A stretch of 25,547 bases of DNA, taken from NCBI GenBank assembly GCA_964534375.1, contig CAZHPN010000077.1, positions 1 to 25,547 on the forward strand. Direction: 5' to 3'. This stretch comes from an uncultured bacterium (GTDB lineage Bacteria > Lernaellota > Lernaellaia > Lernaellales > Lernaellaceae). Positions 9,875-18,787 of this stretch are shown piece after piece; positions within the stretch are counted from its first letter, which is position 1; every line of letters starts with the position of its first letter. The position numbers and the translations under genes are program-made. The notes under the pieces are model-generated. The model did no database searches. It saw nothing but the letters and a program-made list of their open reading frames with translations, and was not told the origin of the DNA.

Positions 9875-9947
9875 TGAGTCGGCCGGGGTTCGAACCCGGG
9901 GCCTACGGATTAAAAGTCCGTTGCTCTACCGGCTGAGCTACCGACTC
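9875..9947 (-). tRNA. tRNA-Lys (TTT)
   Basis: Acceptor stem GAGTCGG/CCGACTC, D arm TAGCTCAGCCGGTAGAGC, anticodon arm ACGGA-CTTTTAA-TCCGT, T arm CCGGGTTCGAACCCCGG. CCA is not encoded. Confidence 0.96.
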
Positions 9948-9958
9948 GAAGCGGGGGG

Positions 9959-9987
9959 ATTCTAGGGATGCGGTTCTGGCTTGTCAA
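9959..9987 (-). promoter_or_regulatory. Sigma70 promoter of the tRNA-Lys/tRNA-Glu operon
   Basis: TTGACA (9987-9982), 17-nt spacer, TAGAAT (9964-9959), followed by a GC-rich discriminator CCCCCCGC. Confidence 0.85.
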
Positions 9988-10009
9988 GCAAGAGTTGCGT
10001 TCCACTTCG

Positions 10010-11692
10010 CTACCTGCGGTGAAACTCATCGTCTCCCCCGCCGCTGGCGCCGAGCGGCGTCGACGGGCGCCAAGATTGCCGCGTAAATATCCAATATCGA
10101 TCCGCTTGCGGCGACTCGTCGCGACGGATCACCTTCGCCAATTGAAACGCTTCAAGCGCGATAAAGCGCTGCAAATCGTCGTCGTCGAAATCCGCGGCCA
10201 CGGAATAATGCGCCAGGCAGTCGATGCCGCGACTTCGCCAATGCGCAACGAACGCCGGCGGCGGCGCGCGGTCCGCCCGCAAACGCGCGACAACCGGATC
10301 GGTCAGCCCTTCCAGATCGGCGAACGGCCGGTCGAGGAAATAGCCGAACGCGCCGGCGTTCTCCGAGGCGACTCGCGCGCCCACGCCGAAGCGCTCGCGG
10401 ATCCATTGCGCGGCGATGCGGTGCAGATTGTGCGCGTCGGCCTACGACAGCGCCGCGGCGCCCGTGGTCCAAGGCGTCAATTTCTCGCCCGCGCCGCCGA
10501 ATAAATCCGCGATGCGGAAGACGGGCGGCATTTGCGCATCTTTCGGGATCGCCGGCCGCCATGCCTGACCCAGCCAGAGTCCGATCGCCGCCGCCGCGGC
10601 AATGCCGATCACTGCCAGCGCTCTTGCCGTTCCGGCCGCGCGAAACGACCCCGCGACCTCGATCAGCCACAAGGCCGCGAGAACGGTCAGCGGAGCGAAC
10701 AGCCGCAGCGAAGCGTACATGTGCACCCAATCGACGCCCGTCAGGCCGGCCGTCAGCGCCCCGGCGAGGGCAAATACGCCGAATTCGTTTCTTCGCGACG
10801 CGGGGACCAATACGGCCGCCGCGCCGGCGACGCCGGCCAGCGCAACGAAGAGCGGGTCGCGCGTCAAAAAAAGCGCCAGGCAAGTGAAGCCGCGCCCGGC
10901 AATGACGGCCCAGCCGCCGCCCAGTTCGGCGTATTTCAAGAGCACCGCGCTGGAAATCAGCGATTGGAAATGAATTGCGCGCCAGAGCGTGTCCGGCGCG
11001 AAAACCACCGCGAACCCGGCGGCGACGCGGCCAAACTCACGCCCGGTCGTCCGCCACGCGGCCGGGTGGAAGAGAAATTCGAGATAAAAATAGATCGCCA
11101 TCCATAGCGGAAACTCCGGCCGCGACAGCGCGCCCACGCCGCAAATCAGGCCCGCCGCCCACCCTGCCCGGCGCCCGCCCGTTCGCCGCGCGCGATTCAA
11201 CGCGATCGCCGCCGCCGCCGCGATGAAACCGTATTGCGTCGTCTCCAAACCGTTCCAGGCGTGGCAGCGTAACAGCGGATCGAGCAACAGCAGAAACGGC
11301 ACGGCCCATGCGACGCCGCCCCCGCGCCGCGCCGCGAACCACAGCAGCAGCAACCCCGCGAGCACCGTAAAGATCAGCCCGTGCCAGACGCCGGCCAGCG
11401 GCAAATCGCCGAACCGTTTCGCCAGCGGCGCCAAAAGCATGATCTCCAGAAAATTCGAATAGCCTTCGACCGGCTCCTGGCCCGGGTTGTACGTCAGCCC
11501 GGCCCCCGCGGCGAGATTCTGCGCATAGCGAAATGACACGAATGCGTCATCGAACGGCACGGCGCGCTGCACGATGTCGCGGCACCGGAATAACCACAAA
11601 AAACAGGCGAGATAGGCGATGGCGACCACGGCGAACAAAAACCGATAAGTCCTGCGCGAAGCTCGGTTGCCGGCCGCTGGCGGAGAATCCAA
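10010..11692 (-). pseudogene. AftB-like GT-C membrane glycosyltransferase interrupted by an in-frame TAG at 10442-10444 (pseudogene, sequencing error or read-through)
   Basis: DDAFVSFRYAQNLAAGAGLTYNPGQEPVEGYSNFL, NGLET, SRPE and many TM helices. After the TAG the same frame continues IAAQWIRERF..ENAGAFGYF..DLEGLTDPVVAR. Probable TTG start at 11692 after GAAAGG. Confidence 0.72.
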
Positions 11693-11842
11693 CAGATTTG
11701 CCTTTCGTTTCCTGACCAAGAACGAATCCGCCAAGATGCTAACAAGTTGGCAGTGAGGCAACAAGACGACGAAGCGAGTGAGGTGAACCGGGAGCAAACG
11801 CGAGAATACGCCCGACAAAAGTCGATAACCGACGCCAAAACA

Positions 11843-11858
11843 AGTTTCACGTGAAACA
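11843..11858. other. parS centromere-like site
   Basis: AGTTTCACGTGAAACA, a 15/16 match to TGTTTCACGTGAAACA, in a divergent intergenic region. Confidence 0.85.
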
Positions 11859-11979
11859 ATTGCCTGGGTGCACCGGCCGCGACGCGAACATGAAATTGCC
11901 AAACAAAGCCAATTTTTCTGAGCGGCCGGAACCCCCTAATCGCCGTCCGCGTGAACCCTCGAATTTTCGGCAACGCCAA

Positions 11980-12008
11980 TTAACTTAGCCGCGCCGCTGT
12001 TGTATACT
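11980..12008 (+). promoter_or_regulatory. Putative sigma70 promoter of the glycan-modification operon
   Basis: TTAACT (11980-11985), 17-nt spacer, TATACT (12003-12008). Confidence 0.45.
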
Positions 12009-12065
12009 CCGCGCCAACGGCAACCAAGCGAAACGATGTTTATTGTTTCGCGCGGAAGAGAACGC

Positions 12066-13097
12066 ATGGGAAAAAGCCGACTGATTCACAACCGCTGGCT
12101 GGCGATTCTCGGGGCCGTCATCGGCGTCGGGCTGCTGTGCGTGGCCGGTCGCAACGTGCATTGGCGCGAGGTGCGCGAAGCGCTGGCCGGCGCGCGGCTG
12201 TTTCCGTGGCTGCTGTTCGCCGTGGCGTTTTATCTGGCCGGCCACGTGGTGCGCGGCCTGCGCACCCAGCGCCTGGTCAGCCGCGACGCGGACCTGACGC
12301 TGGCCACGGCGACCAACGTCGTGGTGCTCGGTTACGCGGTCAACAATATCCTGCCGGCGCGCCTGGGCGAGATCGCCCGCGCCGGCATGCTTGCCGAGCG
12401 CACCGGCCTGCCGGTTGCGCAAACGCTGACGGTCACCCTGCTCGAGCGCATCCTCGACGGCTGGGTGCTGTTTCTGCTGCTCGCCCTCACGTCGTTCGCC
12501 GTGCCAATGCAGGGCTGGATGCACGAAATCATGCGCATCGCGGCAATCGTCTTTTTCCTGGCCACTACGGGCATCGTCACCGTGCTGGTCGCGCCTAATT
12601 CGTTCATCGGCTTCGTCTCGCGGCACGCCAGCCGGCTGCCGGATAACTGGCACGATCGCGCCATTCACACGGCGATCCACGTGGCGCAGGGTCTGGCGTA
12701 TCTGCGCCGGCCGAGCCAGGCGGCGCGCATTCTCGGACTCAGCACCATCGTGTGGCTATTCGAGAGTTGCCTCTTCCTGATGCTTTTCCCGGCGTTCCAC
12801 ATCCCCATGCATCTCTCGTGGGCGATTCTCGCGCTGACGGTTACGAATCTCGGCATCCTGATCCCATCGACGCCCGGCTTCATCGGGCCGTTCCATCATT
12901 TCTGCAAGATCGCCCTGATGGCGGTCGGCGTCGCCGAAGCGACCGCCTTCAGTTGCGCGATCATGATTCACCTTGCATTCTTCATCCCGATCACGTTATG
13001 GGGAGTCGGCATCATCATGTGGTACGGCCTCGAACTCGGCTCGACCATCGCCATGGCCCAAAGCGCCAAGCAGTTGACCGTCGCGGAGCGCCCATGA
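12066..13097 (+). CDS. Lysylphosphatidylglycerol synthase TM-domain / UPF0104 flippase-like membrane protein
   Basis: GYAVNNILPARLGEIARA, LLERILDG, IPSTPGFIGPFH and multiple TM helices. The start could alternatively be 12036. Confidence 0.88.
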   Translation: MGKSRLIHNRWLAILGAVIGVGLLCVAGRNVHWREVREALAGARLFPWLLFAVAFYLAGHVVRGLRTQRLVSRDADLTLATATNVVVLGYAVNNILPARLGEIARAGMLAERTGLPVAQTLTVTLLERILDGWVLFLLLALTSFAVPMQGWMHEIMRIAAIVFFLATTGIVTVLVAPNSFIGFVSRHASRLPDNWHDRAIHTAIHVAQGLAYLRRPSQAARILGLSTIVWLFESCLFLMLFPAFHIPMHLSWAILALTVTNLGILIPSTPGFIGPFHHFCKIALMAVGVAEATAFSCAIMIHLAFFIPITLWGVGIIMWYGLELGSTIAMAQSAKQLTVAERP

Positions 13098-13507
13098 AAG
13101 AGCCCGGCGCGAACATCTATGCGGCGATCGCCGAGGCGCTGACGCCGCTGGACGACTTCGCCCTGACGCCCGACGAGCGGCGGCGCGTCGTGGCCGACAC
13201 GGCCGAGTTCATCGCCGGCGAGATGGCCGCGCTGCCGCTGCGCCTGCTGGTGCTCTTTCACATCGGTTTGACGGGGTTCCGCGTGCTGATCCGCGGGCTG
13301 AATTTCCAGAGCTTCTGCGCGCTGCCGCCCGCCAAACGCCGGCAAATCGCCGAATCCTGGGCCTACGGCCGCGTCGGCCTGATGCGGCAGTTCTTTCGCC
13401 CGCTGCGCAGCACGGCGTTTCTTGCCTTCTTCGAGCATCCGTTGATCGAGGCCAAATTGGCGCCGCACGAGCCCCCGGCCGGCGCGTCCGCGCGGGGCGA
13501 CGCATGA
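13094..13507 (+). CDS. Small hypothetical protein resembling the gluconate 2-dehydrogenase subunit 3-like partner of GMC enzymes
   Basis: ATGA overlaps on both sides. Pattern FCALPPAKRRQIAESW...FRPLRSTAFLAFFEHP. Sits directly before the GMC gene. Confidence 0.6.
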   Translation: MKEPGANIYAAIAEALTPLDDFALTPDERRRVVADTAEFIAGEMAALPLRLLVLFHIGLTGFRVLIRGLNFQSFCALPPAKRRQIAESWAYGRVGLMRQFFRPLRSTAFLAFFEHPLIEAKLAPHEPPAGASARGDA

Positions 13508-14970
13508 ACGCCATCCGCCAACCGCAAGTGCTCGTTATCGGCTCGGGCGCCGGCGGCGCCACCACCGCCCTCGAATTGGCCCGGGCCGGCCTCGACGTGC
13601 TCATCCTCGAAGAAGGCCGGCGCTTCGGCCTCGCCGATTACGGCGGCACGGCGCCGGAGGCGATGCGCAAGCTGTATCGCCGCCGGGGCATGACGCCGAT
13701 CATGGGTTCGACGCCGATCGGCTACGTCGAGGGCTGCTGCGTCGGCGGCAGCACCGAAATCAATTCCGGTTTCTGGCACCGCACGCCGCCGGAAATCCTG
13801 CTGCGCTGGAAGGCGCAATTCGACTTGCAAAACGCGGCGCCCGGCGACCTGGAGCCGCACTTCGCCGCGCTCGAAGCCGCGCTGCACGTCGGCCTGCACC
13901 CTGGCCAATGGCCGCCGAGCACCGTGGCTTTCGCCCGCGGCATCGACGCCATGGGCTGGTCGCGGCAGGAAGTGCCGCGCGCCGTCAGCGGGTGCAGCGA
14001 CCAAAACTGCTGCGCCAGCGGCTGCCCGAGCGGCGCGAAACAGAGCATGACGCAGTCGCTGCTGCCCGCGGCCGAGGCCGCCGGCGCGCGCCTGTTGCCG
14101 GAATGCCGCGTCAAACTGCTGCTGCGCCGGCGCGGCCGCGTCGTCGGCGTGCTCGCGGCGCGGCAGCGCGAGGACGGCGTCGAGGAACTGGTGCGGCTCG
14201 ACGCGGAGCACGTCTTCGTCTGCGCCGGCCCGACGGAAACGCCGGCCCTGCTGCGCCGCAGCGGCATCCGCTATCACGTCGGTGCGAATTTCGCCACGCA
14301 CCCGATGCTGAAGATCGCGGCGCGGTTCCCGGAGACGATGGACTCGCACCGCACCGTGCTGCCCCTGTTGCAGGTCAAGGAATTCTGGCCCGACATCTCG
14401 CTGGGCGGCTCGTATTACTCGCTCGGCCACTTGGCGATGCTGTTCTCTGAAAACTGGCCCGTGCTTCGCGACCGCATGGCGCAGCACCGCAACATGGCCA
14501 TTTACTACGTGGCCGTCCGCGGCACCGGCAAGGGCTCGGTGCAGCCGGCGTTTCTCGGCGAGGACGGCGCGGTCGTCCGCTACGAGCTTTCCGACGAAGA
14601 CCACCGGAACTTGAACAAAGGCCTGGCGCGCCTGTCGACGCTGCTGCTCGAGGCCGGCGCGGAAGAAGTGTACCCGTGCGTGCACGGCTTGCCCGTGATC
14701 CGCACGAAAATGGAGTCGATCCGCTGGCTCGACGAACGCGTGCCCAAGTCGGCGCTCAGCCTGACGACCGTGCACGCCTTTTCGACGTGCCCGATCGGCG
14801 AACGCCGCGACCGTTGCGCCGCCGACTCGTACGGCCGCGTGTACGACCACGAGAACCTCTACGTCAACGACGCCAGCATTTTGCCGGATTCGCCCGGCGT
14901 GAACCCGCAAGGCAGCGTGATGGCCCTGGCGCGTCGCAACGCCCTGCACTTCAAGGAAGATCATAAATGA
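13504..14970 (+). CDS. GMC family FAD-dependent oxidoreductase
   Basis: IGSGAGG, ILEEG, GCCVGGSTEINSG, Cys cluster CSDQNCCASGCP, catalytic His (VHAFSTC), DASILP..PGVNP. Confidence 0.92.
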   Translation: MNAIRQPQVLVIGSGAGGATTALELARAGLDVLILEEGRRFGLADYGGTAPEAMRKLYRRRGMTPIMGSTPIGYVEGCCVGGSTEINSGFWHRTPPEILLRWKAQFDLQNAAPGDLEPHFAALEAALHVGLHPGQWPPSTVAFARGIDAMGWSRQEVPRAVSGCSDQNCCASGCPSGAKQSMTQSLLPAAEAAGARLLPECRVKLLLRRRGRVVGVLAARQREDGVEELVRLDAEHVFVCAGPTETPALLRRSGIRYHVGANFATHPMLKIAARFPETMDSHRTVLPLLQVKEFWPDISLGGSYYSLGHLAMLFSENWPVLRDRMAQHRNMAIYYVAVRGTGKGSVQPAFLGEDGAVVRYELSDEDHRNLNKGLARLSTLLLEAGAEEVYPCVHGLPVIRTKMESIRWLDERVPKSALSLTTVHAFSTCPIGERRDRCAADSYGRVYDHENLYVNDASILPDSPGVNPQGSVMALARRNALHFKEDHK

Positions 14971-16022
14971 CGGAACCGATGGCGCTGGTCACCGGCGCGC
15001 CCGGTTGGCTCGGCACGCGGCTCGTGCGCACGATGGCCGAGGGCCTGCCCGACGTCCCGGCGTTCGCCCAGGGCTCGCCGCGGCCGATTCGGGTGCTCGT
15101 GCTGCCGGGTCAGGATGCGACGGCGCTCGAAAAAATCGCCGGCGACGTGCGCATCGTCCGCGGCGATCTGACCGACGCGCGCAGCCTCGAGCCCTTTTTT
15201 GACGGCGCGGCCGGCGCGACGGTCTTCCATTCGGCGGGCGTGATCCACCCGACCCACGGCGTCAAGCAGTTCTATGACGTCAACGTCACAGGCGTGCGCC
15301 ACCTGCTCGCGGCGGCGCGCGGCGCCAAGGTGCGGCGGTTCGTGCACGTCTCGTCGAATTCGCCGCTCGGTTGCAATCCGCGGCCGGACCACACGTTCGA
15401 CGAAAGCTCGCCGTACAACCCGTACATGAATTACGGCAATAGCAAGAAGCTCGCCGAAGACGCGGTCAACGAGGCTGGCGCGCGCGGCGATCTGGAGACG
15501 GTCCTCATTCGGCCGCCGTGGTTTTACGGGCCCGACCAGCCCGAGCGGCAAACGCGGTTTTTCCGCATGATCAAAGAGGGCCAAGCGCCGATCATCGGCT
15601 CCGGCGCCAACCGCCGCTCGATGGCCTACGTCGACAACATCTGCCAGGGACTGCGCCTGTGCGAAACCGTCGCCGCCGCGGCCGGACGCACCTATTGGAT
15701 CGCCGACCGCCGGCCGTACACGCTGAACGAGGTCGTCGACACGATCGAATCCGTGCTCGAAAAGGACTTCGGCCTGCCGGTCGCGCACAAGCGCCGGCGG
15801 CTGCCGAATTTCGTCTCCGAAATCGCCTGGCTGGCGGACAAGACGATCCAGGGCCTCGGCTTCTACCAGCAGGAAATCCACGTACTGTCGGAAATGAACA
15901 AGACCATCGCCTGCGACATTTCGCGCGCGCAGACGGAACTCGGCTACGAGCCGCGCGTCGACCTCGCCGAGGGCATGCGTCGCAGCGTGCGCTGGATGAT
16001 CGACCAGGGCATCGCCATTTGA
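14967..16022 (+). CDS. NAD-dependent epimerase/dehydratase (extended SDR, 3-beta-HSD-like)
   Basis: TGAPGWLG, HSAGVIH, VHVSS, YGNSK, RPPWFYGP. Confidence 0.92.
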   Translation: MTEPMALVTGAPGWLGTRLVRTMAEGLPDVPAFAQGSPRPIRVLVLPGQDATALEKIAGDVRIVRGDLTDARSLEPFFDGAAGATVFHSAGVIHPTHGVKQFYDVNVTGVRHLLAAARGAKVRRFVHVSSNSPLGCNPRPDHTFDESSPYNPYMNYGNSKKLAEDAVNEAGARGDLETVLIRPPWFYGPDQPERQTRFFRMIKEGQAPIIGSGANRRSMAYVDNICQGLRLCETVAAAAGRTYWIADRRPYTLNEVVDTIESVLEKDFGLPVAHKRRRLPNFVSEIAWLADKTIQGLGFYQQEIHVLSEMNKTIACDISRAQTELGYEPRVDLAEGMRRSVRWMIDQGIAI

Positions 16023-17644
16023 ACGGGCCGGCGCCGGCCGCCGTCGCGACGCGACCGACGCACGTTTGGCCGCTGATCCTCGCCAATATCTTTGCCCTCG
16101 CCCTCCTCTGCATATTTTCCGGGCCGCTGCAACTCAACCACGACGCGGCGATGTATTTGCAAAGCGGCCAGTTGCTGCTCGAGGGAAAACTTCCCTATGT
16201 GGATTTCATCGATCTCAACCCGCCGCTGATCATGTACCTGAGCGCCATTTCGGCGGCGTTGGCCCGGCATCTGCCGTGGCATGTCATCACCACCTTTCTG
16301 CTGTCGGTGTGGCTGTTCGCCGTCATCTCGACCCTCTGCTTCCGGCGGATCCTGCTCGAAGCGTTCGACCCCGGCGAAGTCGTCTATGCCGAAATGCTCT
16401 CGGTCGCGTACGCCTGGTTCTCGCTGCAACTGCTGCTGAACCTCTTTTTCGGCCAACGCGAACATTTGTTCGTCCTCGCCTATATGCCGTTTTTCGCGCT
16501 GCGCTTCAGCCGTTGGCAGGGCCGGCCGCTCATCTGGCGGCGGGCGCTCGCCTGGGGCGCCCTCGCCGGCGTTCTCGTCAGCCTCAAGCCGTATTTCCTG
16601 CTCGTCGCGGCGGCCCCGGAATTCGTCTGGCTCTGCACCCACCGCAAGATTCGGCCGCTCGTCGCGCCCGAGGCGTTGGCCTTCGTCGTCGCCGGCCTCG
16701 GCTACGCGGTGCACTTCCTGTTTTTGCTGCCCCCGGTGCGCGCCGCGTTCTTGTTCCGCTGGCTGCCGTTTGTCGCCAAGGGCTATGCCGCGATGAATTT
16801 GCCGTACACGGTCGTGTTCCTCAATCCGGCGTTTTGGATCGCGTGCGCGCTGTTGCTTGCCGCGCTGCTTCGTCCGCCGCGCGGGTCGGGGCGGGCTCCG
16901 CAGCTCGCGGCGCCGCTGACGGCGATGGGTCTCGCGGCCGCACTATCGTACGTCTTGCAGCACAAGGGTTGGACCTATCATTTGACGCCCGCGCTGGCGG
17001 CGATTCTGGGAATTCTTGCGCTTTGGCTGGCCCCGCGGCATATCTTTCAGCGCCTGGGCAGCTTCGTGTCCGCGCGAAATGCGCTCGCCACGACCTTCGT
17101 GTTGCTTGGACTTTGGGCGCTCAATTTGGGCACGCAGGCCAACGCGCCGCGCTTCCGCGACCGGCTTGTCAAAGATCCGGGGGTGCCGCGCGCGATCGCG
17201 GAGTTGTCGCGCGAGGGCGATCCGATTCTGGTGATCTCCCGCCTCGAAGTCGTGTACCCGACGCTGCTGCAACTGAACCGGCGGCCGGGGTCGCGCTACC
17301 TGTGGTCCTTTCCGCTGCCGATGCTTTATGAGGACGCCGTGTATCGCGACGGCCAATTCCCGTATCGCGGCGCGCTCACGGCGACGCCCGACGAAAATCG
17401 TTTCCTCGACGAATTGGCCGAGGATATCCGGCGGTTGCGGCCGAAGCTGATTTTCCTCGACGACAAACGCCTGGTGTTCCTGCTCCATGACCCCCAAAAC
17501 TTCTGGCCGAGGCCGAAGCGCTTTTCCGTCAACGACTACCTGGCGCAGAACGGGTTTCTCGCCGCCGCGATGTGGGATTATCATCGGTCCGATTTTCAGG
17601 GCGATCTCGTGCTTTACGTTTTGAACGAAAAGGACGCAACATGA
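16019..17644 (+). CDS. Polytopic GT-C-like membrane glycosyltransferase
   Basis: TTG start overlaps the upstream TGA (TTGA). First loop NHDAAMYL..GQLLLEGKLPYVDFIDLNPPL, then FGQREHL, LKPYF, QHKGWTYH, and a soluble C-terminal domain. Confidence 0.72.
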   Translation: MNGPAPAAVATRPTHVWPLILANIFALALLCIFSGPLQLNHDAAMYLQSGQLLLEGKLPYVDFIDLNPPLIMYLSAISAALARHLPWHVITTFLLSVWLFAVISTLCFRRILLEAFDPGEVVYAEMLSVAYAWFSLQLLLNLFFGQREHLFVLAYMPFFALRFSRWQGRPLIWRRALAWGALAGVLVSLKPYFLLVAAAPEFVWLCTHRKIRPLVAPEALAFVVAGLGYAVHFLFLLPPVRAAFLFRWLPFVAKGYAAMNLPYTVVFLNPAFWIACALLLAALLRPPRGSGRAPQLAAPLTAMGLAAALSYVLQHKGWTYHLTPALAAILGILALWLAPRHIFQRLGSFVSARNALATTFVLLGLWALNLGTQANAPRFRDRLVKDPGVPRAIAELSREGDPILVISRLEVVYPTLLQLNRRPGSRYLWSFPLPMLYEDAVYRDGQFPYRGALTATPDENRFLDELAEDIRRLRPKLIFLDDKRLVFLLHDPQNFWPRPKRFSVNDYLAQNGFLAAAMWDYHRSDFQGDLVLYVLNEKDAT

Positions 17645-17650
17645 ACAAAC

Positions 17651-17731
17651 TGTGGAATGCGGGGTGCGGAGTTCGGAATGTCGCGAGCCGAATCGCCGCG
17701 CCCGAGTCCCGAATCCCGAATCCCGAACCCC
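17651..17731. repeat. Inverted pair of heptamer tandem-repeat arrays
   Basis: TGTGGAA TGCGGGG TGCGGAG TTCGGAA (17651-17678), then CCCGAGT CCCGAAT CCCGAAT CCCGAAC (17701-17728). Confidence 0.75.
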
Positions 17732-17743
17732 AAGGTCCGCGCC

Positions 17744-18787
17744 ATGCCCGCGCCTGACCTTGTCACCGGCGGCTCGGGCTACTTCGGCAGTTTGCTGGTG
17801 CGGCAGCTTCGCGCGCACGGTCGCGCCGTGCGCATCTTCGACTTGAACGACGCCGACGACCGCCCGGCGGAGGTCGAGTTCTTTCAGGGCGACATCCGCG
17901 ACGCCGCGGCCGTGCGCCGCGCCTGCGATGGCTGCGCAGCCGTCTATCACAACGTGGCCATGGTGCCGCTGGCGAAAGACAAAAGCGCCTTTTGGAGCGT
18001 CAACGAAGGCGGCACGCGCGTGCTGCTCGAGGCCTGCCGCGAAACGGGCGTGAAAAAAGTGGTCTACACCTCGTCAAGTGCGGTGTACGGCGCGCCGCCA
18101 AAAAATCCGGTCGACGATGACACGCCGCTGAACCCCGGCGAGGAATACGGCCGCGCCAAACTCGCCGGCGAAGAACTGTGCCGGCAATTCTCCGCCGCCG
18201 GCCTCGACGTTTCGATCATCCGCCCGCGCACGATCATGGGCCACGGCCGCCTCGGGATCATGCAGATTCTCTTCGAGTGGATCCGCCGCGGCATGAACAT
18301 CCCCGTGCTCGGCAAGGGCGACAACCTTTATCAGTTCGTGCATGCCGACGACCTCGCCGACGCGTGCGTCCGCGCCGCCGCGCGGCCCGGCCCGGCGGCG
18401 TACAACATCGGCGCGGCCTCGTTCGGCACGATGCGCGAAACGCTCGACGGGCTCATCGCCCACGCGAAGACCGGCAGCCGCGTCGTCTCGCTGCCGATGG
18501 CGCCGGCGGTCGCGCTGATGAAGCTGACCAGCGCGCTCGGCCTTTCGCCGCTGGGCGCCTATCACTCGCTGATGTACGGCCGCTCGATGTACTTTGATAT
18601 TTCGCGCGCGCAACGCGAACTCGGCTGGACGCCGCGGTACGACAACGTGGAGATGTTCCGCCAATCGTACGATTGGTATCTGGCCAACCGCGAGGCGATT
18701 CTCGCCGCGCGCGGCATGTCGCATCATCGTTCGCCGGTCGATCAGGGCGCGCTGAAAATCGTGGGGTGGATATTGCGGCTGCGGTGA
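17744..18787 (+). CDS. NAD-dependent epimerase/dehydratase (extended SDR)
   Basis: LVTGGSGYFG, YHNVA, YTSSSAVYG, YGRAK, QFVHADDLA. Start placed at the ATG at 17744, after the repeat cassette. Confidence 0.92.
   Translation: MPAPDLVTGGSGYFGSLLVRQLRAHGRAVRIFDLNDADDRPAEVEFFQGDIRDAAAVRRACDGCAAVYHNVAMVPLAKDKSAFWSVNEGGTRVLLEACRETGVKKVVYTSSSAVYGAPPKNPVDDDTPLNPGEEYGRAKLAGEELCRQFSAAGLDVSIIRPRTIMGHGRLGIMQILFEWIRRGMNIPVLGKGDNLYQFVHADDLADACVRAAARPGPAAYNIGAASFGTMRETLDGLIAHAKTGSRVVSLPMAPAVALMKLTSALGLSPLGAYHSLMYGRSMYFDISRAQRELGWTPRYDNVEMFRQSYDWYLANREAILAARGMSHHRSPVDQGALKIVGWILRLR

Noticed and set aside
10442..10444. Genome-wide TAG reassignment
   Set aside because: TAG ends several full-length genes here at the expected positions (857, 3429, 4758, 6777, 20189).
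11693..11902. Upstream extension of the 486-aa GT-C ORF
   Set aside because: It runs through the parS-containing intergenic region. An RBS plus TTG at 11692 precedes the first TM helix.
15518..16018. Upstream extension of the 708-aa ORF
   Set aside because: It overlaps the epimerase in another frame and has no protein-like features. The TTGA overlap at 16019 gives a better start.
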